A DNA stretch of 53,324 nt, from the IMG/VR virus record IMGVR_UViG_3300035670_000280, positions 1 through 53,324 of that record. One strand, written 5' to 3'. Position 1 is the first letter of the stretch, and each line of letters begins with the position of its first letter. The translations under genes and the position numbers were made by a program. Shown piece by piece: positions 35,988 to 45,275 of this stretch. This DNA comes from a virus (taxonomy: Duplodnaviria; Caudoviricetes). The notes beneath the pieces were generated by a model. That model did not search any database. It saw only the letters and a list, made by a program, of their open reading frames with translations, and was not told the origin of the DNA.

Positions 35988-38900
35988 TTACCTATTCAAG
36001 AGGCCGCCAGGTCGGCGTTGCTTAATCAATTCTGCCTGAACTGCCTGGGCAACTACTCGGCCAAGTTGCTCGCCTTGGCCGGCGTCACCTTGAACTGCGG
36101 TACCGCTTGCGTCAACGCTGACGTTCACGGTAACAGGAGCGCCTCCACCTGCCTGCTCGACGCCTAGGCGGCCATTGGGGAGACGGCGGAGGGGCATGAT
36201 CGCCTCTGGACCGGCCTCGCCCATAAGGCCGAGGCGCCCGGCGCCGCCGTTGGCGAAGGCAAACATCGTGGGGCGCTTGACGATGCCGCCCATAGCGAAG
36301 GGCTGGATGCCGTTGGCGGCGTAGGCGTTACCTAGGGCATTGGGCATGTACTGCGCCGCAGCGGCATTGAAGCTACTTACTTGATCGGCCCCTGTAGCAA
36401 GCTTGGGACCACCCCCAATGGCGCCGATAATCTGCATCACACTACGCAAGATTAGCTGCTGAATAATCATACGTGCCGTATTTTCCAAAATACTCTTAGC
36501 GAATTCTTGGAAATTCGCTTTACCCGTCGTAGTTAGGCTGAAGATGGCGTCCTCGACACCCTTGATGCCGGTCTGGGCGAGCTGGGCCGTGGCCTCGCGC
36601 ATGGTGCCGATGGATTCGACGTATTTCTGAGCGCCTTCGCGTATGCCTGCACCTATATCACTATCTTGCCGTAAGCGTAGTAGACGCTGTTGCTTGTCTA
36701 GTTCTTCTGTTTGACGCATAAGCACACTATACTGATCGTTTAATATACTTAAGCGCCCTTCGTAAAGGGTGTTAATTGCCTGTACATCTAATCCTTGCCT
36801 TATGGCTTCCTGGCGTTCAGTGTCCAGACGTGCTTTACGTTTGCTGTAACTTAGCTCTTCCTGTGCAAACTGCCGGGCAAGCTCAGTATTCACGCCCGTG
36901 CTTAAGTATTTTGCCTGTAGATTGAGTAAAGCATTTTGTTCCTGTAAATTTTGTACCTGTTTATTACTTTCTTCTGTTATGGAAATAAAGCGATTCCTAA
37001 TAGCATCTGCTTCTTGTTCCGTTACTAGCCTTTTTGCTGTACCACGTTGCTCAGCTGTAGCGCGGTCGAGGGCGCTAAGGCTTGGTATATCTATTTGCTG
37101 CGATCTAGGTAGTGGACGGACAGGCCCGACTGCGGGAGCTGCAGGTAGACTAGGAGCGAGCTGCTGTAGACGGCCCTGTAATTGTTGTAACTGTTCGTCT
37201 ATTTGTATAATGCTACGGATAGGTAGCTGTGCAGGTGCGCCAATACGCGAGTTCAGAAGAGTTCCTGCAGTTACTGCATTCTCCCCTTTCTTATCCGGCT
37301 CAGAAACAACAACCCCAGTCGCCTGTGCTACCACAGCATTCAAGGAAGCCCGCTGCATGTAAAGAGCAGCGATTTTACTGGACACCTCTAACCGCTTACC
37401 TGCCGCGCCCGTACCTTCTTCGACAATCTTGGCTACATTTTTAGCGTACTCACGCTGTATGTTACCGATCTGCCTAGCGTAGGTTTCGTTGGCTTTATTT
37501 ATGTCATCGGCTACTTTTTTCTGAAAATCTGCAAGAAGGCGAGCGCGCTGAGTCTGCTTATCGCTATACTCCGCGTCAATACGGATACGCTCTTCTCTAC
37601 TTCTACGGAGGATCTCGCTGATCCCGCGCTCTGCATCAACAAGAAATGGGTTTTGTGTAGTTTCTGCACGGAAGGAAAGCTGTGCGGATGCCTGTAGATC
37701 GTTTAGCTCTCTGCGATTCTTAGCGATATCTCGCTCTACTGCAGTACGCTCGTCGGCAAACTGGCGTTCCAGTTGACGCGCCTGCTCGATCGCCTGCTTA
37801 CGAATCTCTGCAATCTGCTCTTCGCGCTGGATACGTGCTTGTGCAAGGGCTTCTTCGCGTTGTTCAATAGCACTTAAAAGCGATTTTGCGCGGTCTGCCG
37901 CAGCCCGATCTTCACTACCACTACCACTACCACTACCCGCACCTCGTTTACCGCGACGTGTGTAATCATCGGCAAGCTTTAGGGCTTCGCGTAAGCTCTG
38001 TATCCGCGACTCAAAAGAAGCTACAGTCTTACCTGTCTGTTGTTGAGTAGGTGTACCTTGTCCAAAAGTCTCGTCAAAGATAAATTGCAATATATTGCGT
38101 GTCTTTACTGCGTTAAGACGGTCCTTAGCTTCTTGTACTTTTCCTTCGTATGTACGAATAGCCTCTTCGATAGCTGCTACGGTCGTACCGCCCCCGATGA
38201 TGCGCTCCGCAATCTCCTTGGCATTTCCAGTGGGGCTTGGGGTTCCTCCAAGGGCGCGTTCGGCGGCATCCCCGAAGGCATACAGCTGCTGGCCCAGCCA
38301 GAGCAGAGATTCAGCGGTTTCGGCTGCAAAGTTTTGGAAGCCTGCGCCGCTTTCCTTAAGGCTTCTGCCAACAGCTAAGCGCATACTCTCAAGCGCCTTT
38401 TCCATACGCCTACCTGCGTACTCGGTGCTGTCAGCAAGGATTTCCGCATATTTACCACCGTCTTTATAATTCTTACGAGCAAACGTGATGAATTGTTCAA
38501 TAGTTACACTGCCGGCTTGGAACGCTTGATCAAGTTCTTGCACGGACATCCTGTTCGCCTGCGCGAATTTGATGACAGCACCGGGAAAACGCTCACCAAG
38601 CTGGCCCCTGACCTCCTCAGCTGCCACTTTTCCCTTGCTGAGAATCTGTACGACGGCACGCATAGCGCCATCTACATCAGCAAGACTTCCCCCTGTTCTA
38701 AATACGGCAGAGGCGGTACCTTCTAGGATTTGTCGCGTATCATTAGCGCTATAGTTAAGCTCTACAGTAGAAGCCCGCAGCTGTGTGTAGTACCTGTAAG
38801 TATCCGCAAGTGGTATAAGTAGCGACTGGCTAGCGCCTTCGACCGCCCTTGTAGACGCCTCAAACTCCCTTAGGTCTGTAGATACGCTTGCAAGTCCTAT

Positions 38901-40922
38901 GCGCAGTTTGCTTATCGCTGCTGCCTGTTCGGTAAACACGCCTATCTGTTGGCGTACCATGCCGACCTGCGCACCAAACGCCGCGCCGGCGAAAGCGCCT
39001 CCCACGCCTCCCACGGCCAAACCGCCGAGACCGCCGAGTAGGCCTTCGGGGCCGCCGAAGATGCCACCGCTGAGCGCTGCGCCAACGCCCTGGGCCAGCT
39101 GCATCCCACTAAGCCGGCGGCCCCCGGTAAGACGCTCGCGTCGTGCCGTGAGCTGCTCCAGTTTCTTAGTTGCTGTATCAAAAGCGGGCGCGGTACGGCC
39201 AACGGCATTGCGTAGTTCGGTCCAGACGCCTATCTGCGCTTCCAGACTATTTACGCTGCCGTTACTCGCTTTTGTAGTCTTATCAATATCGACGTAAATA
39301 TCACGCAAGGGGCGCCGAGAACGCTCCACTGACTTACCTAAGATGTCGTATGCTTGCGAGGCTTCAGTTATGACTCGCGTTCTGTTTTTGCTCTCCTGAT
39401 CTGGGGTCATCACAGGACCGATCGGAGTCACCCCACGACCAGGGGCATTAGCACCCCCAAGTTCGCCTCTGCCGAAGAAGCGCTCGACGCCGCCTCCAGG
39501 CTGTACGCCGTAGGCAGGAACTATTCCCTCAGCTCCAGGGGTTTGGTACGTGACGCTGGCACGCCTACCTCTACGCACTCGTACACCCTCGCCAGCGCTT
39601 ATTTCCAGTCCCGTACCACGGGCTGAAGTTTGCCCAGCGGCAGGAAGCAGAAGAGGTGTACCGCTTACACCAGCGCGTACACGTTGACCGAGTTCGGCAA
39701 GTGCAGCCTCCTGCTGGCGTACCATCCCTCGATTGAGGTAATTATCGCGGATACGCTTATTAGCGGCGTTCTGCTCGGCTGTGGCAGCCTGCGTCGCCAT
39801 ATCGCCTACATTACGGTATGCACCGGCAAGCTCATTAAGCTGCTTCTCTAGGCGATTGGCGGCGTTCGCGTTTTCGGCGTAGTGTCTAGACCCTTCTGCA
39901 GTTGTTGTATCTAGTTGCTCCATTTCAGCCCGCAAGGCTGTAATAGCTTCTTTAATGTTCTTTGCACTACTAGGAACTGTATTGGTGCGCAGACCCATTA
40001 CAAGCGACTGAGCATATCCCTGAGTAACGCTCGTAAGTTCGCGTTGTACTCCAGCCATCTGCATGGCTACGGTAAGATACTCTACTGTACCTCGTGTTGT
40101 ATTTGCTAAGCGATCACTTAGCTGGGATAGCTCTAAACTTAGTGCTGCTGTTGTGTTAGGTAATTCTAGATTAGCTGCACGCCCTTCTGCATACTGAGCG
40201 TACTGTGGACTTTCATACATTGCGTTACGCGCACGAACCTGCTGCCGAGATTCCGTAAGCGATCTAACCGTACCAATAAGTTGTATGCGTTGTTGGTAAC
40301 GAAGAAACTCGTCAGAACTTATGTTCAGCTTCTGCATCTGGCCTGTTAGGCGACCTATCTGAGCAGTAATTTTTTCCAGAGATGCGGCAGGAATTTGAGT
40401 GAGCGTAGCTGCAGCAGCACTAGCCTCATTTTTGAAACGGCCTAGGTTTTTAGTGGCTTGCTCAATATCCTTACCTAATTGCAGAAAGGCTGCAGATCCA
40501 GGACGAGTCTGTCGCTGCAGACGCTCCAGGCCATCTATTTGCTGCTGAAGCGACTTAGCGTTCTGAACTCCGGTGCGTGCGTGCTCAAGCAGAACTGCAC
40601 GCTGCCTATCAATAGCAACTGTAGAGCCGCGCAGCACGGATTCCATCCGTGTAATCTCTGCAGCAAGCTCTCCGTAAGCTTTACCGTTTACGTCTACTTG
40701 GGATTTAAGACCCTTAAAAGCTTCAATAAGTCCTTTGTTTACCGTTTCAGTATTACCCGCCTGCTTGGCTAGGTCGAGTAACTCTTCGCGTGTTCTTTTA
40801 ATCTGAGATTCAGAGGCATAAGTTACCTTGTTCAGCTCTCTAAACGAGCCGCGCAGTTTATCAATGTTCTCGAATCCTTCGGCCTTCAGCTTTAGAATCA
40901 GCTCCTCAATAGTCTTAGCCAT
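35988..40922 (-). CDS. Tape measure protein
   Basis: 1644-aa helical ORF; QILSKGKV.AEE..QLGE, GEAGPEAIMPL, QRRPGGLL. Confidence 0.93.
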   Translation of the reverse strand: MAKTIEELILKLKAEGFENIDKLRGSFRELNKVTYASESQIKRTREELLDLAKQAGNTETVNKGLIEAFKGLKSQVDVNGKAYGELAAEITRMESVLRGSTVAIDRQRAVLLEHARTGVQNAKSLQQQIDGLERLQRQTRPGSAAFLQLGKDIEQATKNLGRFKNEASAAAATLTQIPAASLEKITAQIGRLTGQMQKLNISSDEFLRYQQRIQLIGTVRSLTESRQQVRARNAMYESPQYAQYAEGRAANLELPNTTAALSLELSQLSDRLANTTRGTVEYLTVAMQMAGVQRELTSVTQGYAQSLVMGLRTNTVPSSAKNIKEAITALRAEMEQLDTTTAEGSRHYAENANAANRLEKQLNELAGAYRNVGDMATQAATAEQNAANKRIRDNYLNRGMVRQQEAALAELGQRVRAGVSGTPLLLPAAGQTSARGTGLEISAGEGVRVRRGRRASVTYQTPGAEGIVPAYGVQPGGGVERFFGRGELGGANAPGRGVTPIGPVMTPDQESKNRTRVITEASQAYDILGKSVERSRRPLRDIYVDIDKTTKASNGSVNSLEAQIGVWTELRNAVGRTAPAFDTATKKLEQLTARRERLTGGRRLSGMQLAQGVGAALSGGIFGGPEGLLGGLGGLAVGGVGGAFAGAAFGAQVGMVRQQIGVFTEQAAAISKLRIGLASVSTDLREFEASTRAVEGASQSLLIPLADTYRYYTQLRASTVELNYSANDTRQILEGTASAVFRTGGSLADVDGAMRAVVQILSKGKVAAEEVRGQLGERFPGAVIKFAQANRMSVQELDQAFQAGSVTIEQFITFARKNYKDGGKYAEILADSTEYAGRRMEKALESMRLAVGRSLKESGAGFQNFAAETAESLLWLGQQLYAFGDAAERALGGTPSPTGNAKEIAERIIGGGTTVAAIEEAIRTYEGKVQEAKDRLNAVKTRNILQFIFDETFGQGTPTQQQTGKTVASFESRIQSLREALKLADDYTRRGKRGAGSGSGSGSEDRAAADRAKSLLSAIEQREEALAQARIQREEQIAEIRKQAIEQARQLERQFADERTAVERDIAKNRRELNDLQASAQLSFRAETTQNPFLVDAERGISEILRRSREERIRIDAEYSDKQTQRARLLADFQKKVADDINKANETYARQIGNIQREYAKNVAKIVEEGTGAAGKRLEVSSKIAALYMQRASLNAVVAQATGVVVSEPDKKGENAVTAGTLLNSRIGAPAQLPIRSIIQIDEQLQQLQGRLQQLAPSLPAAPAVGPVRPLPRSQQIDIPSLSALDRATAEQRGTAKRLVTEQEADAIRNRFISITEESNKQVQNLQEQNALLNLQAKYLSTGVNTELARQFAQEELSYSKRKARLDTERQEAIRQGLDVQAINTLYEGRLSILNDQYSVLMRQTEELDKQQRLLRLRQDSDIGAGIREGAQKYVESIGTMREATAQLAQTGIKGVEDAIFSLTTTGKANFQEFAKSILENTARMIIQQLILRSVMQIIGAIGGGPKLATGADQVSSFNAAAAQYMPNALGNAYAANGIQPFAMGGIVKRPTMFAFANGGAGRLGLMGEAGPEAIMPLRRLPNGRLGVEQAGGGAPVTVNVSVDASGTAVQGDAGQGEQLGRVVAQAVQAELIKQRRPGGLLNR

Positions 40923-41283
40923 CCCGCTTATCCTCCCCCTTAGCCAACGCGCTGAGAGCGGCAGTTTCCATGGTTTGCAGGCCCTCCAGCATCCCGAGGC
41001 GATCTTCTACTGAGTATAGGTCCATTAGACCGCCTGGCATCAGCAGCACCTCGTATTTCAAACCGAGGTAGCCCGCCATGGTGGTGTTCCACTGCGTCTG
41101 CATTCTAAGGAACATCATTACGATGTCCCAGTTCTCGTCCCAGACCTCGTATATGGCGGCAGAGTCCTGCTTGGGGTCCTGCGGGAGAACCAGACCGAAG
41201 ACCTTGGCATCGTCGTCGGTCTTGTCCTCCTCGCGCTTGGTACTTCCACTTACCCAGAACTCTGCCGCGCCCTTCAGTTTCCC
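40915..41283 (-). CDS. Tail assembly chaperone T-like part (DUF1799-like), reached by -1 frameshift
   Basis: Frame is open from the slippery site: LKGAAEFW...EVWDENW..FLRMQTQW..GLKY..METAAL. Confidence 0.8.
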   Translation of the reverse strand, partial: GKLKGAAEFWVSGSTKREEDKTDDDAKVFGLVLPQDPKQDSAAIYEVWDENWDIVMMFLRMQTQWNTTMAGYLGLKYEVLLMPGGLMDLYSVEDRLGMLEGLQTMETAALSALAKGEDKRDG

Positions 41284-41600
41284 TGCTTAGCGCCGTCGAA
41301 GGTCTCGGTGTACGCCTTCAGGACACCGCGCACCCAGTAGGGATCGTCGGCAAACTCGGTGAGGGAGTCGATGGAGAAGAAGAGATCGGCGCCGTCTTCG
41401 TCGGTGATGCCGTTCCAGTCGAGCACGACGGCTTTGAGCAGGGGCAGGTCCCCTTTTTCGCTCAGTTTGCCAAACTCCTTGCGGCCGAGGCGCTTGAAGG
41501 TGATGTCGAAGGTGCTGGAATCAAATGTGCCACCGTCTGCAGGCTCCTCAATGGTTACAGGCCACTTGAAGGTTTTGACCTTTTTGCGCACAAAAGCCAT
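41274..41600 (-). CDS. Tail assembly chaperone (G-like)
   Basis: Position between tail tube and tape measure; ends AKQGN at the slippery site. Confidence 0.85.
   Translation of the reverse strand: MAFVRKKVKTFKWPVTIEEPADGGTFDSSTFDITFKRLGRKEFGKLSEKGDLPLLKAVVLDWNGITDEDGADLFFSIDSLTEFADDPYWVRGVLKAYTETFDGAKQGN
41277..41283 (-). other. -1 ribosomal frameshift heptamer G GGA AAC
   Basis: X XXY YYZ pattern directly before the stop codon of the chaperone gene. Confidence 0.85.
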
Positions 41601-41640
41601 AAGCTGGAAGGGGTGATAGGTGTATGTGTAGCTTACGCAG

Positions 41641-41674
41641 AAAAAGCCGCACTGCCAAGTGGAGCAGTACGGCT
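41641..41674 (-). terminator. Rho-independent terminator
   Basis: AGCCGTACTGC-loop-GCAGTGCGGC followed by TTTTT; TAAGCT follows at 41630-41635. Confidence 0.75.
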
Positions 41675-41701
41675 AAGGGGTGCTGCAATACGCTGTGTGG
41701 C

Positions 41702-41899
41702 TTATTCGGCGGCGGAGTCCGGAGCAGGAGAGGGGGGAGTAGGTTCCGTGGGGGCTGCGGGTTCGGGGCTAGAAGAAGGGAGAGGAGCTGGGAGAGTGCG
41801 GTCCAGCAGAATCCATTTGCCTGTTTGCTCGTCGAGTAGGTAGCTGCCTCCCTCAGATGGAAGGGGGTCTGGGGTGGGGGGTGTGCTGATCCGGGCCAT
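41702..41899 (-). CDS. Small Pro-rich protein
   Basis: GGSYLLDEQTGKWIL..RT core. Confidence 0.6.
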   Translation of the reverse strand: MARISTPPTPDPLPSEGGSYLLDEQTGKWILLDRTLPAPLPSSSPEPAAPTEPTPPSPAPDSAAE

Positions 41900-41951
41900 A
41901 AGTGCGTGGAGTAAGGGGGCAGAGAGCGACGCAGCGTGTAGGCGCCGCAGC

Positions 41952-42881
41952 TTAGGTGAACGCGAGGCTTACCTCGTCATTACCGGCGGTGGTGGGAACG
42001 GCGAGGTAGGGGATGTTCAGCATCTGCACACCGTCTTGATCGCCGTAGGAGGGGTTGCTGATGTCGCACTGAGCGGCGGTGAAGGTGACACGGTTACCGG
42101 CGGTGGTGCCGTGCAGGAAGGTCAGGTTGCCGGTCGTCTCGGTCTGGGCAAGGTTGAAGTAGTCCTTGGTGGCCAGGGTGGGAGCTTCGATCATGACCGT
42201 ACCGGCAGGCTTACGGTCAGTGATGATGACTTCCTTGGTGCAGCCGACCAGTTCGCGGTAGACGGTGCTGACGGCAATGTCGAAGGTGACGGACTGGAGG
42301 CAGCCAGCGTAGGAGAAGAACTGGAACGCCGAGGTGTTGCCCTGCTTGAAGACCAGGGGGCTGGCTTGGGCGCTGTAGGTGACGGCAGGGGCGGCGGTGT
42401 CGGTGGGAGCGTTGTACACGCCGGTCATCGTGAAGTCGATGGTGGGGATCTCGCCCACAGCAGCGTTCAGCGTGAAGGTGCCACGGCAGCCAGTGGCTTT
42501 GTGCAGCACGCCGTCGTTGTTGAAGTAGATCGTGGCGCTGGCGAAGGTAGCGCTGACTGGGGCGTAGGTGACGCTGGTGGTAGCGACGATCGTCTCGCTC
42601 ATGCCGCACGCTTGGAGAATGCTACCGAAGCGAGGAGCGGTCCCAGCGGTGCCAGAGCCGGCGAGTTCCACTTGGAACGTGATGCTTACGCGGCTATTGG
42701 CGAGCAGCTGGGGGCTGTTGCCGAGGTAAGGACGGATCAGGTCTCGGCTAACGAGATCGGCTTCGATGGGGGTGATGTCAAGGTTGCGCACCAGCAGCGC
42801 GTCGGTGCCTGCCGGCGAGCTATCGGTGCCGTAGGTGCTCTCCTTCTTTACGAGGATTAGACGCTTGCGAGTAAGTGCCAT
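41952..42881 (-). CDS. Major tail tube protein
   Basis: KKESTYGTD, ELAGSGTAGTAP, LQACG, GNDE C-terminus; position. Confidence 0.85.
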   Translation of the reverse strand: MALTRKRLILVKKESTYGTDSSPAGTDALLVRNLDITPIEADLVSRDLIRPYLGNSPQLLANSRVSITFQVELAGSGTAGTAPRFGSILQACGMSETIVATTSVTYAPVSATFASATIYFNNDGVLHKATGCRGTFTLNAAVGEIPTIDFTMTGVYNAPTDTAAPAVTYSAQASPLVFKQGNTSAFQFFSYAGCLQSVTFDIAVSTVYRELVGCTKEVIITDRKPAGTVMIEAPTLATKDYFNLAQTETTGNLTFLHGTTAGNRVTFTAAQCDISNPSYGDQDGVQMLNIPYLAVPTTAGNDEVSLAFT

Positions 42882-42970
42882 GTGTGCCTAGGAGGTTTAC
42901 CCTCCTGCCCGTGGTATGCAGACCTAAGCCTACGTGGAGGGGGTTGTAAGGATTAAGGGGTGCGGGGAGG

Positions 42971-43396
42971 TTAGGTGCTTAGATCGGTGACGGATGTGCG
43001 ATAGAGAATACGAAAATTGCAAAAAATTACGCCTACGGGTACGTCGGCGGATTCAAGAGTGAATTCGGTGGGACCGGGCTGTACGTCGATGCAGAGGCCG
43101 CCTAGGGTTAGATCGGCCATGAGTTTGCTGTGGAGCGACTCAACAACGGGGTCTGCTGCTTGATCGGGAGTGTTGTCACGTACAATCACAACAACACGCA
43201 TGTTTAATACGTGGTCGAGTGTGGGCAGCGATGTGTTTTGTGTGGGCACATCGTTTATGGGCTCGACGATGAGGGCGGGGCTCTCGGCGCGGGCTACGGG
43301 CTCTACGCGGCTGCGGTAGATGCGGGTACCTACGCCGACGGTGCCGACGAGCGTGGTCCGCACGGCGCTAAGGATTTGTTCGCGCTTGGTTGTCAT
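42971..43396 (-). CDS. Tail terminator (gpU-like)
   Basis: REQILSA, RIYRSRV, ADLTLGGL; upstream of the tail tube gene. Confidence 0.75.
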   Translation of the reverse strand: MTTKREQILSAVRTTLVGTVGVGTRIYRSRVEPVARAESPALIVEPINDVPTQNTSLPTLDHVLNMRVVVIVRDNTPDQAADPVVESLHSKLMADLTLGGLCIDVQPGPTEFTLESADVPVGVIFCNFRILYRTSVTDLST

Positions 43397-44010
43397 TAGC
43401 GCACCTCAGTGGCGACGAGACGGCCGCGACCAAAGCTGAGGTTCTCGGTGCCGCTGTGGTTGGCGATTCGCAGCGCCACTTCATCGCCGGAAGCCATGCT
43501 GATCATCCAGTTGGTGACGAGTTTGGCTTCGTCGCCAGCGGAGCCGGTGAAAGCGCGGCACTCCGTTTGGTCTATGGCAGTGCCGTTCTTGGCCAGCTTG
43601 ATGCCTAGGACTTTGTTATTACCGCTTACGGTCTTGGCGTCGATGCTACCGTAAATTTGCATTAGACGAGTAGCACCGCTTGTGTTCTTTATGGCGAAGG
43701 TGTCGGTGGTGCCGAGCGCCATGCCGCTTGTGGATGCGGTGTCGAAGATGCCGGTAAGTCCCGTGGTGACGTAGACGCCTTGGGTGGTGATCGTGATGGT
43801 GCCGGCGTCCATCTTGCTGGCCTGGCCGCGTACCAGGTCGGTGTCAGCGAAGATGTAGGGGAGGGCGGTCCAGGCTGTTGAGCCGGTGCCGACTTTGATT
43901 CTGCGGGTGTCGGACTCGATGCCCAGCTCACCGGAGAGGAGCGTAGGGTTGGCGGCAGTCCAGGCTGCGGCGGTGTCTGTGCGCAGTTGGATCTGGGCGG
44001 TGGTGCTCAT
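43396..44010 (-). CDS. Fibre/whisker-like structural protein with Mtd_N-like N-terminus
   Basis: IQLRTDTAAAWTAANPTLLSGELGIESDT..KVGTG..W..LPY. Confidence 0.7.
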   Translation of the reverse strand: MSTTAQIQLRTDTAAAWTAANPTLLSGELGIESDTRRIKVGTGSTAWTALPYIFADTDLVRGQASKMDAGTITITTQGVYVTTGLTGIFDTASTSGMALGTTDTFAIKNTSGATRLMQIYGSIDAKTVSGNNKVLGIKLAKNGTAIDQTECRAFTGSAGDEAKLVTNWMISMASGDEVALRIANHSGTENLSFGRGRLVATEVR

Positions 44011-44441
44011 GCTGTACCCCCACTGATGTCGTTGCCATCAATGTAAGTGGTGGAGGCAGTACCACCGCTGATTAGCGGATCGAGCTGATCCAAGCCGAGG
44101 TCGTCGATCGAGGCCGCAGCACCATTAGCGCTAAGCGGTGTGGTGGAGGTGGTGTGCGTGGTTTCTAGGTCGCGCTGTAAGGAGAGTTGCGTGAACACCC
44201 CGTCGCTAATTAGGACGTTGGCGCGTACTGTGTAGGCGGCACCGTTTACGGTAAGTTTTGAGCCGTAGAGTAGGTCGCCAAACTTAGCGGATTCGCAAGT
44301 AAGTGTGTATTCGGTGCTGATTACTTGGCCATCGACAATTAGTTCGCTGGGCATGTCTAGGATGCCCAGGCCGGATGCGGCGCCTGCCACGACGCTTACG
44401 CCGAAGTCGGCTAAGTAGAGGCCGGTGTCTTCGGTGATCAT
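44007..44441 (-). CDS. Head-tail joining protein (FII-like) with C-terminal extension
   Basis: ADFGV..GILDMP..TVNG..YTVR..DG. Confidence 0.7.
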   Translation of the reverse strand: MITEDTGLYLADFGVSVVAGAASGLGILDMPSELIVDGQVISTEYTLTCESAKFGDLLYGSKLTVNGAAYTVRANVLISDGVFTQLSLQRDLETTHTTSTTPLSANGAAASIDDLGLDQLDPLISGGTASTTYIDGNDISGGTA

Positions 44442-44580
44442 GACGCAAACACCCGCACCGGCTGCTCAGGGCTTACCACGTACTGCTCCCACCCATCCGG
44501 CAGCTCACCCACGTAGTTCACGTGCCAGCCATCCAGCACGGTCGGAGGGGTGCAAAACTGCTGTCGTATCCGAATGGCAT
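44438..44580 (-). pseudogene. Probable deletion remnant (gene start fused out of frame to another gene's end)
   Basis: ATG at 44580 gives MPFGYDSSF and stops after 20 codons; another frame carries TPPTVLDGWHVNYVGELPDGWEQYVVSPEQPVRVFAS with no good start. Confidence 0.45.
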
Positions 44581-44662
44581 GATAGCCTCGCTGATCAGTG
44601 CGTAAGTGCAGAGTGGTTAGGCTGCATGGCACGAACACCACGCAGCCAGGCTGTACAGCAGC

Positions 44663-45046
44663 TTAGCCGTACTTCTTCACGCCCACGCCGTTCACCGAGA
44701 AGGTGAAGGAGGGGTTGCTACCGCCCACGGTGTAGACGATACGGATCCAGCGGCGAGCTTCGTCCTTGGAGATAGTGATCGCCTGCTGAGCAGCAGTACC
44801 TGTGACTTGAGTAAAGACAGCGCCGGTGATGTCGGTGAATGTACCGCCGGAGGTGTCAGAGGACTGCACCTTAATGTCCAGAGTCGGGGCGGTGCCGGTA
44901 CCGGCGGCCGAGTCCAGGATCAGAAAGATGTCGCCGTCCAGGGTTTGAACGTCAACAGCGGCGCCGTTACCTGTAACCGGACGGGCAGCCGTGGGATGAA
45001 AAGAGGTCAGCTGGAGCTTGTCCAGTGCCTGACGGAGGATGGTCAT
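44663..45046 (-). CDS. Putative head decoration/cement protein
   Basis: Beta-rich; LDIKVQSSD..FTDITGA.F..RWIR; downstream of the capsid gene. Confidence 0.6.
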   Translation of the reverse strand: MTILRQALDKLQLTSFHPTAARPVTGNGAAVDVQTLDGDIFLILDSAAGTGTAPTLDIKVQSSDTSGGTFTDITGAVFTQVTGTAAQQAITISKDEARRWIRIVYTVGGSNPSFTFSVNGVGVKKYG

Positions 45047-45048
45047 GA

Positions 45049-45270
45049 TCAGTTCTCCTCAGAATCGGGGGTGGGTTGAGGCTTGCGACCGCGCTTGGAA
45101 ACCTCGCATACGGGCTGAGGGGCGGGCTCTGGTTCCGGCTCGGCGGGGGCAAGCTGAGCCTTGTTCATGCCAATCAGGAGATTGGCGTCGGCATCGCTGA
45201 CCTCAAGGATGGAGCCAGCCTGGACTGGCTCCCCTGAGATCACGACCGAGCGAAGAATCTCGATCTTCAT
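45049..45270 (-). CDS. Small capsid-associated protein (FI-like)
   Basis: G.ILEVSD.DA.LLIGMNKA followed by a low-complexity tail; directly after the capsid gene. Confidence 0.6.
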   Translation of the reverse strand: MKIEILRSVVISGEPVQAGSILEVSDADANLLIGMNKAQLAPAEPEPEPAPQPVCEVSKRGRKPQPTPDSEEN

Positions 45271-45275
45271 CTGGA

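Noticed and set aside
41874-42860. Long antisense ORFs such as 41874-42860, 45942-46649, 49606-50277 and 7915-8478 (+)
   Set aside because: They are shadow frames of GC-rich genes with clear motifs on the opposite strand.
43396-44010. Diversity-generating retroelement suggested by the Mtd_N-like domain
   Set aside because: No reverse transcriptase and no template/variable repeat pair differing at adenines were seen.
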